Assembly: GCA_051294375.1 (NCBI GenBank)
Contig: CM119265.1
Location: 11,595,818-11,659,817 of the forward strand
Direction of reading: 5' to 3'
Origin: Paraspadella gotoi
Taxonomy: Eukaryota > Animalia > Chaetognatha
Length of the DNA stretch: 64,000 bases
Part shown: one piece after another, positions 36,276 to 47,785 of the stretch
Layout: every line of letters starts with the position of its first letter
Position numbering within the stretch: the first letter of the stretch is position 1
Notes under the pieces: generated by a model
The model's database searches: none
Told to the model about the DNA's origin: nothing
What the model saw: only the letters and a program-made list of their open reading frames with translations
Program-made: the position numbers and the translations under genes

Positions 36276-37559
36276 TTTTTTAGTCGGATCTGCTTATCAG
36301 CAGATCCCGACTCTATAATTCACTTTGTCGGTCCGTCGGTCCGCCCCCTCAATATTGTCGGGCACTAACTTATATCATGTCAGAACATCGAATTATGATA
36401 AATTACGAAAAAAAAAAGATGTCCGTCCGTCCGTACCACCTTAGCAAAAAACACCAATTACTTATGCTTTTAAGATTTTTTCAACATTGCATCATTTTTT
36501 CAAACTTGCATCAATTTTTTCAACTTGTTATTCCGTCAAAACTTTTATATCTAGCTTCTTCACTCACTTTCCTACCGGCTCACAAAATTTCATCTCAATC
36601 ATTCATGGGTTAAAATAAATAAAAAGATTCAAGTAAATGTGACTCATATTTTTTCATTTAAACTCATTTCCACTGGTACGTTTCCACCGAAACTTTATAT
36701 CAAGCTTCGTCACACATTTTCCTACCCACACACAAAATTTCAACTCAATCTATCCATCCAATTATGATTAATTAGAGTATTTATTGTGTTAAAATAAATA
36801 AAAAGATTTTAGTAAATGCGACTTATGTTTTTTCCATTTAAACTAATTTCCACTCACACGATCCATCGAAACTTTATATCCAGCTTTATCACACACTTTC
36901 CTACCCACACACAAAATCTAATTCCAATCCAACCAGCCAATCACGAGTTATTGGAGCTTTTTGCTAAGGTGGGACGGATTGATGGACTAATTAATTAATT
37001 ATTGATTAATTTATTTACTAATTGATTAATTTACTGATTATTTGATTTATTAATACATCCTGCATATACATTTAATATAAAAGGAAAAAGAAGCATAATC
37101 AATTAGTGAAACAGGTTTTTTGTTTTTTTCTATTTAAACTCATTTCCACTCAATTATTCCATCGAAACTTGATTTACTGTTCAATCACACCACTTTCCTA
37201 CCCACATACAAAATTCCAGGTCAATCAGCCCATCCACTCATGAGCAATTGGTGTTCAAATAGTGAATTATATTTTTTTTGTTTTTTCCATTTAAACTCAT
37301 TTCCACTCGGACGGTTCCATCGAAACTTCATATCCAGCTCAATCACACACTTACCTATCCACACACAAAATTTTATTAAAATCCATCCATCCAATCACGA
37401 GNNNNNNNNNNNNNNNNNNNNNNNNNNNNNNNNNNNNNNNNNNNNNNNNNNNNNNNNNNNNNNNNNNNNNNNNNNNNNNNNNNNNNNNNNNNNNNNNNNN
37501 NNNNNNNNNNNNNNNNNNNNNNNNNTAGGCAGATCCGACATTGTTTGCTCAAACTTGTT
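36276..37559 (+). mobile_element. HINE/DINE-like element with inverted interior (spans an N gap)
   Basis: Same ends as 23726-26372, but ~36460-37400 is the reverse complement of ~23945-24845. Confidence 0.6.
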
Positions 37560-38669
37560 CTCTTACTTTCAGTAAGTTTTTTGAAGAAATTTAATATTAA
37601 TATTAAAATATTAATATTAATATAATAATATATATTAATATATATAATATATATTAATATATATTAATATATATTAGACACATTTGAATAGGACAAAGTT
37701 TTAATTAGATAACCAGTCTGGGTGTCATTCTGTTCGTTTTTCCAAGCTCTTAACTAAAAAAGTTTTATTTAAAAAAAAATACTTTTTCGCCGGAGCCAGG
37801 GGTGTTGAGTCAAAATATGGAAATTCACCATTTTTTAGTATTTTTTAGCGTTTTCCAGTTAATTTTTTTAATATAATAATCTTTAATCAAGTTAATTACT
37901 TCTGATAATGATTTTAATTTATCCTATTTAACTGTTTTTAAAACATTCATTAAAAAAATATTAGTTTTTAGCTTAAGCCAAGGGTGTTGAAGAGCTAAAA
38001 TATTTAAATATTTATAAATTATAATTTACTATTTTTTTAAAGATAACTTATTTTAATCATGGTAATGAAAATATTTGATAATTTTAAATGCTTTGATGCG
38101 ACTTATCACAGCTTCAAGTTAATAAATTTAATAATGTTTTTTAAAACTGAANNNNNNNNNNNNNNNNNNNNNNNNNNNNNNNNNNNNNNNNNNNNNNNNN
38201 NNNNNNNNNNNNNNNNNNNNNNNNNNNNNNNNNNNNNNNNNNNNNNNNNNNNNNNNNNNNNNNNNNNNNNNNNNNNNNNNNNNNNNNNNNNNNNNNNNNN
38301 NNNNNNNNNNNNNNNNNNNATTCGGATAATATTATAAAAATAATTTTATTTAAAAAATAATTTTAAAAATATCTGCATTAAAATTTTGTACGGATAAGAG
38401 TAATAGTTTGGTTTAACTCTATATACAAATATTTTGTTATTAAATAAAATTATTTTTTTTAAATATACAATAATTTAAAAAAAAATAATTAATTGGTTTT
38501 TACTTTTTTCATTAAATAATTGTTTAACAAAAAAGCTTTGTCTTTCTTACTAAATCTAAAAACACAAGTAAAAAAAGTTATGATTTATAAAAGATTCATT
38601 AAAAATAACTACCTCTTATAGTCTGATTCATATATTTAAATTAATTCATAAATTTATTTATAAATTATT

Positions 38670-41625
38670 TTACTATATAATAATATTGTTTGTTAATTAA
38701 TTTACTAATTAATTTAATGAATTTGTTAACGATTTTATTTTTATCATTGTTATTTGTTAACAAATTCATTAAATTTTATTTGTAATCTTTAAAAACAACA
38801 AAAAAAAAAAGAATCAAACCATGAATATGTTAACAAACATTTTTTTAATAAAAAAAAGTTTTTCTTTAAGTTTAAATTAAAAATTTAATTAAAATATAAA
38901 TCATTTCTATCCTAGCATCCCACGTAAGTCCCTCCCTAGCCCTAACCTCCGCTTTGCGTCCAAGCATGAACCTTGAACCTATCATCGCCCATGAAACTTT
39001 TCCCCATCTGTACCTTTCCAGTTGGGCATAACTACAACAACCTTGTTGATCGTAATGGTAACTTTTACTTATTCAACATGAATTACAACTACCTCAAAAT
39101 AATGTTAAAACTAATAACTAGAACATTAAGTTTCAGTTCATTAACAAAATGAATTATTTTTCTATGCGATATTGCGATAGCAAAATCGCTAATGAATATT
39201 AAAAATATCATTAATAAATATATTTAATTTATTAAATGAACCAGTTATCCTAATGAATAAATTAAAAGTTTTCATGTATTTTTGTTTTTATTTTTAATTA
39301 AAATTAAAACAGAAATGATTTTTTTGCGTGGTTGTTTACACCACATCGGGTAAAACGTTGGCAACGCTACTTATTATTTCCTTAAAATAATTTTTTTTAA
39401 TAAATAACAATTTAATTTAATAACAAAATATTTTTAATTAGAGTTAAAGTAAACCTATTACTCTTGTCAGCACTAAATATCATAAAATAATGATTTGCCC
39501 AAAACGTATATGCAGAAAATAATAATTTATGTTTTTAAATTAAATTTATAATAAAATCTGGATAGTGTATATCATTTGAATAATTATATCTTTGTTGTAA
39601 CAATTTTATTATATGATTAAAATTTTTTTAAAAAATAGGTCACAATAGTTTTTAAAGCTTTTAATTATAAAAATTAATTATGTTAATTAACTTAAAAACC
39701 ATTTTACTTTTACTTTACCATGTTACTTATGAATACTGTAGTATAAAATTTAACGGCCCAGCTTTAATTTAATTAGGATAGTCAAAAACGAGACATCTTT
39801 CCAAAAATCAATAGCTGGAAAGCAAATTAAAGATTAATATTAAATTGTGATAGGCTATCTTAAATTTTTTTTTCTTAGGCTCTTTCATGATACTTAAATA
39901 AATAATAATATTTTATATTATAATATTTTAAACAGGTCATATATTTTAAAAAAAGATTTAAAATTTAAATAATTCACTTTTGACTCTCTTAATTGAACCG
40001 AGGCTGGGCAGCTTAATTTTTATATTAGAGCTTTCGCAAGTATGAAATTGGTACAACCAATATAAAAATTATCCATTCATTAATAATGAGCTATCTTGCC
40101 CCTGACTTTGGACAGGCTGGTTGGTGTTTATAGGCGGANNNNNNNNNNNNNNNNNNNNNNNNNTTACTATATAATAATATTGTTTGTTAATTAATTTACT
40201 AATTAATTTAATGAATTTGTTAACGATTTTATTTTTATCATTGTTATTTGTTAACAAATTCATTAAATTTTATTTGTAATCTTTAAAAACAAAAAAAAAA
40301 AAAGAATCAAACCATGAATATGTTAACAAAACATTTTTTTAATAAAAAAAAGTTTTTCTTTAAGTTTAAATTAAAAATTTTAATTAAAATATAAATCATT
40401 TCTATCCTAGCATCCCACGTAAGTCCCTCCCCTAGCCCTAACCTCCGCTTTGCGTCCAAGCATGAACCTTGAACCTATCATCGCCCATGAAACTTTTCCC
40501 CATCTGTACCTTTCCAGTTGGGCATAACTACAACAACCTTGTTGATCGTAATGGTAACTTTTACTTATTCAACATGAATTACAACTACCTCAAATGTTAA
40601 AACTAATAACTAGAACATTAGTTTCAGTTCATTAACAAAATGAATTATTTTCTATGCGATATTGCGATAGCAAAATCGCTAATGAATATTAAAAATATCA
40701 TTAATAAATATATTTAATTTATTAAATGAACCAGTTATCCTAATGAATAAATTAAAAGTTTTATGTATTTGTTTTTTTATTTTTAATTAAAAATTAAAAC
40801 AGAAATGATTTTTTTGCGTGGTTGTTTCACCCACATCGGGTAAAACGTTGGCAACGCTACTTATTATTTCCTTAAAATAATTTTTTTTAATAAATAACAA
40901 TTTAATTTAATAACAAATATTTTTATATAGAGTTAAAGTAAACTATTACTCTTGTCAGCACTAAATATCATAAAATAATGATTTGCCCAAAACGTATATG
41001 CAGAAAATAATAATTTATGTTTTTAAATTAAATTTATAATAAAATCTGGATAGTGTATATCATTTGAATAATTATATCTTTGTTGTAACAATTTATTATA
41101 TGATTAAAATTTTTTTAAAAATAGGTCACAATAGTTTTTAAAGCTTTTAATTATAAAAAATTAATTATGTTAATTAACTTAAAAAACCATTTTACTTTTA
41201 CTTTACCATGTTACTTATGAATACTGTAGTATAAAATTTAACCGGCCCAGCTTTAATTTAATTAGGATAGTCAAAAACGAGACATCTTTCCAAAAATCAA
41301 TAGCTGGAAAGCAAATTAAAGATTAATATTAAATTGTGATAGGCTATCTTAAATTTTTTTTTCTTAGGCTCTTTCATGATACTTAAATAAATAATAATAT
41401 TTTATATTATAATATTTTAAACAGGTCATATATTTTAAAAAAAGATTTAAAATTTTAAATAATTCACTTTTGACTCTCTTAATTGAACCGAGGCTGGGCA
41501 GCTTAATTTTTATATTAGAGCTTTCGCAAGTATGAAATTGGTACAACCAATATAAAAATTATCCATTCATTTAATAAATGAGCTATCTTGCCCCTGACTT
41601 TGGACAGGCTTTGGTGGTTTAAGGC
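38670..41625. repeat. ~1.5-kb direct duplication across an N gap (38670-40138 and 40164-~41625)
   Basis: Near-identical; differences are mostly homopolymer indels; likely an assembly overlap. Confidence 0.85.
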
Positions 41626-42132
41626 CTCCATCACTCTTACAAGATAATGACATAGCAGGTCCCTGCAAGCTTTCAATCAAGACTCTTTCACAGTCTCGTT
41701 TATTCACTCCCAGAGTACCTGGCTTCCCTATCAATGAAGTGGAAAATATTTCAAAGAATGTTTCAATTGTATGAAAAGACATAACAGTATATCATTCTCT
41801 TCACACCTTTCAGAGGATATTAATATTGATAATATCTTAATTAATACTTTGTCTTAAAAAAGTGTTAAAAGTTAAAAAAAAACAATTTAAAAACAGTGAG
41901 TTGGAAAATTAAACCCCATTTAAAAGCCAACTTTCTCCACTCATTATCAAGGCATATCTTAACTGATCAATATAAAATTTGAACACATAAATGATTTTTT
42001 TATTTTTATTGAACTAACTTTTAAAATCAATGAAATAACCACAGGTTTGCAAATGGCAGCGTTTTTTTACCGTCGCTTGTAAAATTGTCACCATGTAGGT
42101 ACCGGGTTTAATCCCTACCCGGTACCTACCCT

Positions 42133-42211
42133 GCGGGAAGCGTGAGGACGGCCGTAAGCCGCCTTGGGGGCATGTAAAACCCTCAAGCCTGGTTCCAAGC
42201 CCAGGACCCGT
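42133..42211 (+). ncRNA. twister ribozyme, type P5, in a 190-bp TGTAG...TCCACA segment (42094-42283)
   Basis: P5 CGGG/CCCG; GA-GGA with L4 UUCCAAGC; P1 CGGCCG; UAA-GCC-GC-C; P3 UUGGGGG/CCCUCAA; P4 CCUGG/CCAGG; P2 imperfect. Confidence 0.75.
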
Positions 42212-42314
42212 TCCATGGCTGCTAGAGGGGGTTAAAGAAGTTGCGGATATCACTCTTCAGCCCCACTTAGAGCGACATCCACAGACCGTCCAATTTAATT
42301 TTCTATAATCTAAC

Positions 42315-42695
42315 CTTGTTTAATGTGGAGACCTGAACCAACGGCCATTTGGATCCCGTCGCCGCCTGAACCGAGTCCAGGAACCCGCGGTTAAAAATTT
42401 TAGGGTCTCGACCAACAGAAATAGGGACCCGGGGCTGGGGGGGCAACTGGCGATCGAGGGGCGTCGATAATTGAAGGTTGCTTTCGAGCGGGACCGCGAC
42501 ACTTGTCGCATAGCCGGAATGAGGAATGAGAGCGGGATACGCGCCGGGGGGTCGACGTGGAAGGCAGTGGCCATTGGCGTGGTTCTCTTGATAGGGCGGG
42601 GGTCTGGGAGGAAGCGAAGGTAGGCCCGGGTAAGGGGGAGGGGGACTCGAAAGGCGCGGAAGAGGGGGTGGGGCGATGGAATTGAACGGAACCAC
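42315..42695 (-). CDS. LOTUS-RRM-CCHC-Tudor gene, exon 5 (Pro-rich linker)
   Basis: tcccag| ... AAG|gttaga; 127 codons, phase 0/0. Confidence 0.85.
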
Positions 42696-42795
42696 CTGGG
42701 AATATTAACAAATAAAAAAATTTATACATATAAATATAAACAAATAAAAATGGGGTTCGCCGTCCAAGCCTATGTCAAATTGATGATTAACTAAC

Positions 42796-42963
42796 CTTAG
42801 CGTGTTCGATCGACGCTGGAAACCGAAACGCAGAAGGTCGCTCAGAAGGATAGACGGCAAAGCTGAAGGCGTTGAGGCGAGCCTTTTCCGGGCTGCCGCG
42901 GAGCCGAAGGTCGAACATTTCGGGCGAGAGGCTATTGACGCCGAACAGGGAAGAAGGTGAAGG
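42796..42963 (-). CDS. LOTUS-RRM-CCHC-Tudor gene, exon 4
   Basis: ttttcag| ... AAG|gttagt; 56 codons. Confidence 0.82.
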
Positions 42964-43062
42964 CTGAAAAAAAAACAGTGAAGATTCGAACAAAAGCTAA
43001 GAAGTTAACCTCCGGTGACATTGAATCAATGAAAAACATTATGTAGCCTTCAAAATCCCGAC

Positions 43063-43231
43063 CTTTATAGGACGCTCCCATTGCTCCACCGGCTGCACGT
43101 TCTCGGGCCCAACAGAGTTGACGTTCATGACGCCGGCCAGGTCCGAGAGAAGGCTCCACACCTTCTCTAAATACCACGTGAGTGGTAAGGGGAGAGTTAG
43201 TTCCACGAACGCAAACCGGTTGCGTCCGTTG
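43063..43231 (-). CDS. LOTUS-RRM-CCHC-Tudor gene, exon 3 (second half of RRM2)
   Basis: aaacag|C NGRNRFAFVEL (RNP1-like) ... AAG|gtcggg (weaker donor); phase 2 matches exon 2. Confidence 0.82.
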
Positions 43232-44438
43232 CTGTTTAGAAAAGATTTGACATTATATACAAAAGGCTTCATATTATAAAATAAGGTACCCTTTTTTTGT
43301 GAACAGAATATGTTCTCAACAAACTACCTGATCGAATTTTATGAAATTTTACATATACAGTCCTAATGACGATATAAATGGAACTATCGAGGCGAATTTT
43401 GATATTCAACCCCTGACAATAGATACAGGTCCCTGGGGCTGGACCGCTGGGGGGACAAAAAAGGCAAACAATTTTTTTTTCATTTTTTGAAAAGTTTATT
43501 AACATCAGGTGTTTTAAACATATGAAAAAAATCTTAAAAGCATAAGGATCGTCGCAATCGCATAACAAAAATCTGGATTGACGACAAATTTTGATATTAA
43601 AAAAATCAAATTTGATAAAAATTAAGAAAAAAAAATAATAAAATAAAATAAAGAATAATAAATATAAAACAGTTAACTTATTTTCGAGTTTAATTTTTAG
43701 CAAGTGCTAAGTCTGGGAAAACATTATTGAAGGTCTTTTGTTTTACTTTTAGCCCGCATAAGCGAGCAGTTTGATCGAATGCGACCTCTCCAAACACTGT
43801 CAACATTCCCAGACAAAAGACAAAGTGAAACTTGAATCAGACTGACGAAGTGAAGTAAAGACTAAAGTGAAGAAAATGAAGTAAAGTAAAATAAAATAAT
43901 AAAGTAAATATTAAGGCGTAGTAAAATTTCTAAATTTAACTTTAATTAAAATTTTAAAAGTGAGGAACGAACAACATTATATTAATGAACATTTATGTAA
44001 TAAAAAATTTATAAATAATTTTACAATTTACGCAGTAAGCCATATTTATACTAGTACTAAACCAATAAATGTTAAAATTTCAAAAAAGTTTTTTTTAAGA
44101 TTTTTTTTCAGATTTGGATTCGTCATAAAAAGTTGATAAAAAAAAAAAAACTTTTTTTGAAAAATTCTTTCATTAAGTGGGTCAAATTTTAAAAGCTATA
44201 TTTTAAGCTGTAAATTAATTTTTTATATATTAAATATAGTTTTTTTTAATTTTTAACCCATTTAATAAAAGAATTTTTAAAAATGATTTATATTTTCTTT
44301 ATCAACTTTTGACGAGGAATTCAAATCTGCTATGGTGGACTAAAATCCACCAACCGTTCATCAGCGGCCATTGGTGCCGGAGGCAAGTCATTCGCCTCCC
44401 AACCCAAAGGTCCGGGGTTCATAGCCCGGTGTCGTCTG

Positions 44439-44512
44439 GCAGTTAAGAGGGACGGGGCACTTAACCCGCCTGTAACACGGTGTTACAGCCTGATCCGAAG
44501 CTCAGGGACTGC
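44439..44512 (+). ncRNA. twister ribozyme, type P5 (5' LTR); predicted cut 44462/44463
   Basis: GCAGUUAAGAGGGACGGGGCACUUAACCCGCCUGUAACACGGUGUUACAGCCUGAUCCGAAGCUCAGGGACUGC. Confidence 0.8.
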
Positions 44513-44857
44513 TTATATTGAACGGTTCTATCACTAACACATCAATAATTACTGTCTCTTCATTGGTGAGCCCGACTTCCGAACACAACAGCAACAACTA
44601 CACTTTCAGGCGATATGCCTCAACCTGGCAATGCACTTTCTGCCAACAACACATCAGGCGACATGCCTCAATTTGGTGACGCACTTTCCACCAACAACAA
44701 TTCACTGAAGAGACGCAACAGACTTCTCTCCCAACGGGAGGGGGGGATGTATGGTGGACTAAAATCCACCAACCGTTCATCAGCGGCCATTGGTACCGGA
44801 GGCAAGTCATTCGCCTCCCAACCCAAAGGTCCGGGGTTCTAGCCCGGTAGTCGCCAG

Positions 44858-44931
44858 GCAGTTAAGAGGGACGGGGCGCTTAACCCGCCTGTAACACAGT
44901 GTTACAGCTTGATCCGAAGCTCAGGGACTGC
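44858..44931 (+). ncRNA. twister ribozyme, type P5 (3' LTR); predicted cut 44881/44882
   Basis: Same fold, with P1 GGCGCU. Confidence 0.8.
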
Positions 44932-45611
44932 TTATATTGAACGGTTCTGTCACTAACACATATCAATAATTACTGTCTCTTCACTGCAATCAAAATTAAA
45001 AAAAGCTTATTTTGAAATTTTTCGACTTTATAAGAATAGTAATATATATAAATATAGCCTACTGTAAAAATTAAAAAACATAAAATTACTTTTTTTTACA
45101 AATTAATCTTCACTGATAGTATGTTGTTCATAATTGACTTTTAGAATTTTTGTATGTAACTTTCACTACGCATTAATACACAATATATAATTTAACTTTA
45201 TATTTAAAATATTATTATTTAAATCAAACTAAAATATTTAACTAGGGAAAAGAGATAGGGAGAGAGACATGTAATTAAAAGAAAAGAGAGAGAGAGAAAG
45301 AAATATAAAAATAAAAGAGAGAAAATTTGTTTGTTTTGATAAAACGTAAACAAGACATATTTAATAACTGTTCAGACTCAATTTTAAGCACATCGATGAT
45401 GAGAAGCTGTATATAAATTTTCAGCTTTATACACCCAAATTTAATCATAAAAAAGGCGATCTATAATTTGGAACGCCGATGACAACGACGCCACTTATGG
45501 GCAACAGCGATACAATATCGTCGCAAACGCTAAGCGATTGCGACGATAAAAACATTTTCGAACTAAAATTGATAGGGTAGTGTGGGGTAATACGGAACAC
45601 TTTTGTAAGTA

Positions 45612-46318
45612 CAGAAGGCTTCATATTATAAAATGTGGTACCCCTTTTGTGACCAGAATCTGTTCCTACCAAACTACCTGATCGAATTTCATGAAATTTT
45701 AGAGTCTTAATGACGATATAAATGGAACTATCGAGGCGAATTTTAATATTCAACCCCTGACAAGAGATACAGGGCCCTGGGGGTGGACCCCTGGGGGGCC
45801 AAAAAAACCTAAAATTGTTTTTCATTTTTTGAAATTTTTTTAGTGGCATCGGGTGCATTTACATTTTAAACATATAAAAAAAATATTTTAAAACTAAAAT
45901 TGAAAAATTTTCAATAATTAAGAATAGTTTGAAGATGCATGGTTCATCATTTTACTTCCAATTTTCCTAAATTATTCCAAAACTGACTTGAACAGCTACT
46001 GTTCATGAAGCTAAAAATTAAGGTAAACTAATTAATATGTTTTTGTGGAAAAGTAAACGTCTATACAACTGTTCAATACAAAAATAAAGAAAAAATTTTT
46101 ATAAAAATTTTGACCATTTATTGTCCCTAAGGGTGACCCCTCCGGGGCCCCATATCTCGGCTCAGGGGTCAAATATTGAAATTCGCCTCAATAGTTCTAT
46201 TTATATTCACATAGGGATCGTTCATACTAAATTTCAATAAATTTGGTCCAGTAGTTTCCTCGGAACGTGTTCTGGCCACATAAAAGGGGTACCACATTTT
46301 ATAATATGAAGCTTTCTG
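45612..46318. mobile_element. TA-flanked MITE (same family as 32444-33343)
   Basis: TIR CAGAAGGCTTCATATTATAAAATGTGGTACCCC with TA flanks. Confidence 0.85.
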
Positions 46319-46502
46319 TAATCAAAATTTTGACATATTTAAACTATTTAAAAGAAAAATTGTGCATTAGTTAGAAAAGTAGCCTCCAAATAATGAAATA
46401 AAAAAAATCACAAAGTTATTCAATATTCATGAAAACACTAAAAAATATATATATATTCAGAACATACCAAGGTCCCCCCACCCAAATTCCCCCTATACTC
46501 AC

Positions 46503-47573
46503 CACTTAATGACGGGCCTCCTTCGCACGCAATCTTCTCCCACGGCGTCGCAAATAATGCCTATGACTTCTTCGTCGTCGAGGCTCTGATCCATGTGCCC
46601 GAGATAAATCTTGACCATTCCGATTTTATCTCCGCCAGCGGCGATAACCACGTCGCAATCGTTCCTCGAATGACCTTCGCGGGCACAATTGTAACAGAAG
46701 GGAACCGGCTCGGCGGCTTTGCTCGGGCAATCACGAAAGTGATGGCCCCGCTCACGGCACCGGAAGCACTGCATGCCGCCATCCTCCAACTGGGGACACT
46801 GTCCCTTCTTGTGACCTTTTTCTCCGCAATTGAAGCAGACGGGCGGCTGATGGAGCGGCACCTCTTCCCGACTGCTATTCTGGATCGCATTGGCCCGTGT
46901 GAGGCTGGCCAATGCCGCCTTCCGGATATCTTTCACATCCTTGGCATAATTTTTCTGAAAGTCTTGGCAGCCAGATGTGGCTTGAAAAGTATCGAAGGCA
47001 CGATACTGGCATTCCTCCTCCGAATGCCCCTCTTCGCAACAGTTGCTGCATTGAAGAGGCAGCGCCGCCGTGGCCGAGGTCGCCCGCGGGCACCGGTCCT
47101 TCTTGTGACCCGACAATCCGCAACTGAGGCACATTATATCGGCCGCCGCGTCCTTCCGATCCTCCTCCGTCATCCGGGCGACAGTGTCGGTCGTGTAACT
47201 GAGCTCTCTGACGCTCAGCACGGAGGCCATGGCACGGTCGGCGTCTTCGCGACGCGGGAACCGGATAAAAACTAAGTTTTTATCAGCGTGAGATTTGACG
47301 GCGCTGGGAAAGACGGCGTCCAAGTCCGTCACGGTCGGATTCTTCGTGGCGTCGAAAAAGAGGTCGTAGGTAAAGCGCCGGTTTTTATTCGGCGACCCGT
47401 TCTTGGTTTTGCTGGGTCCGGGGGCTGAACCGGCGGGTTCCATGAAGGTAGGACGGTAGACACCTTCCGGGGTGACGGCGATAACGACGTCTAAGGTGGC
47501 GCCATTAATTGTGCGCTTCTCGAAACGACAAACGTCTGGCACGTCACGGAGAAAACTCTCCGCTGTGGGATAC
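46503..47573 (-). CDS. LOTUS-RRM-CCHC-Tudor gene, exon 2 (end of LOTUS, RRM1, five CCHC knuckles, start of RRM2)
   Basis: tcttag|G YPTAESFLRDVPDVC; LFFD...TVTDLDAVF...LVFIRFPRREDADRAM; 5x CX2CX4HX4C; KIYLGHM; TG|gtgagt. Confidence 0.93.
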
Positions 47574-47654
47574 CTAAGAACCAGTATAGGGAGAATGGTT
47601 GGTTAGGACAAACGAGGAGAAGCAAGGCAAGACATTCGGCCAAATAAAACTCAC

Positions 47655-47785
47655 CCGTGGGCGTCGAAATCAAATTTTTGCTGTGTTTGTTTTCTGAATG
47701 TTATACCAAAATCCTTAACAGGGATGAATTTTGAAGGGGCGGAGTCGCATGTGCAACGAACTAAACGTTTTAACTCCTCGTTCAT
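47655..47785 (-). CDS. LOTUS-RRM-CCHC-Tudor gene, exon 1 (LOTUS/OST-HTH N-terminal half)
   Basis: aaaATG MNEELKRLVRCTCDSAPSKFIPVKDFGITFRKQTQQKFDFDAHG, GG|gtgagt; joins to give the GYxxxESFLRxxPD LOTUS signature. Confidence 0.88.

Larger units (their letters stand above)
44331..44983 (+). mobile_element. TRIM/retrozyme-like element, family 1 (LTRs 44331-44562 and 44750-44983)
   Basis: TSD CTGC; PBS TGGTGAGCCCGAC at 44564; PPT GGGAGGGGGGGA; each LTR has a tRNA-like head followed by a twister. Confidence 0.92.

Noticed and set aside
38670-41625. Recent biological tandem duplication
   Set aside because: The copies meet at an N gap and differ mainly by homopolymer indels, typical of unmerged contig overlap.
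46595-47275. 226-aa plus-strand ORF
   Set aside because: Antisense shadow of a GC-rich exon; no motifs.
46499-47542. Retroviral or LINE gag/ORF1 because of the CCHC knuckles
   Set aside because: It is a spliced internal exon joined in phase to LOTUS and RRM exons; no protease, RT or LTRs adjoin it.
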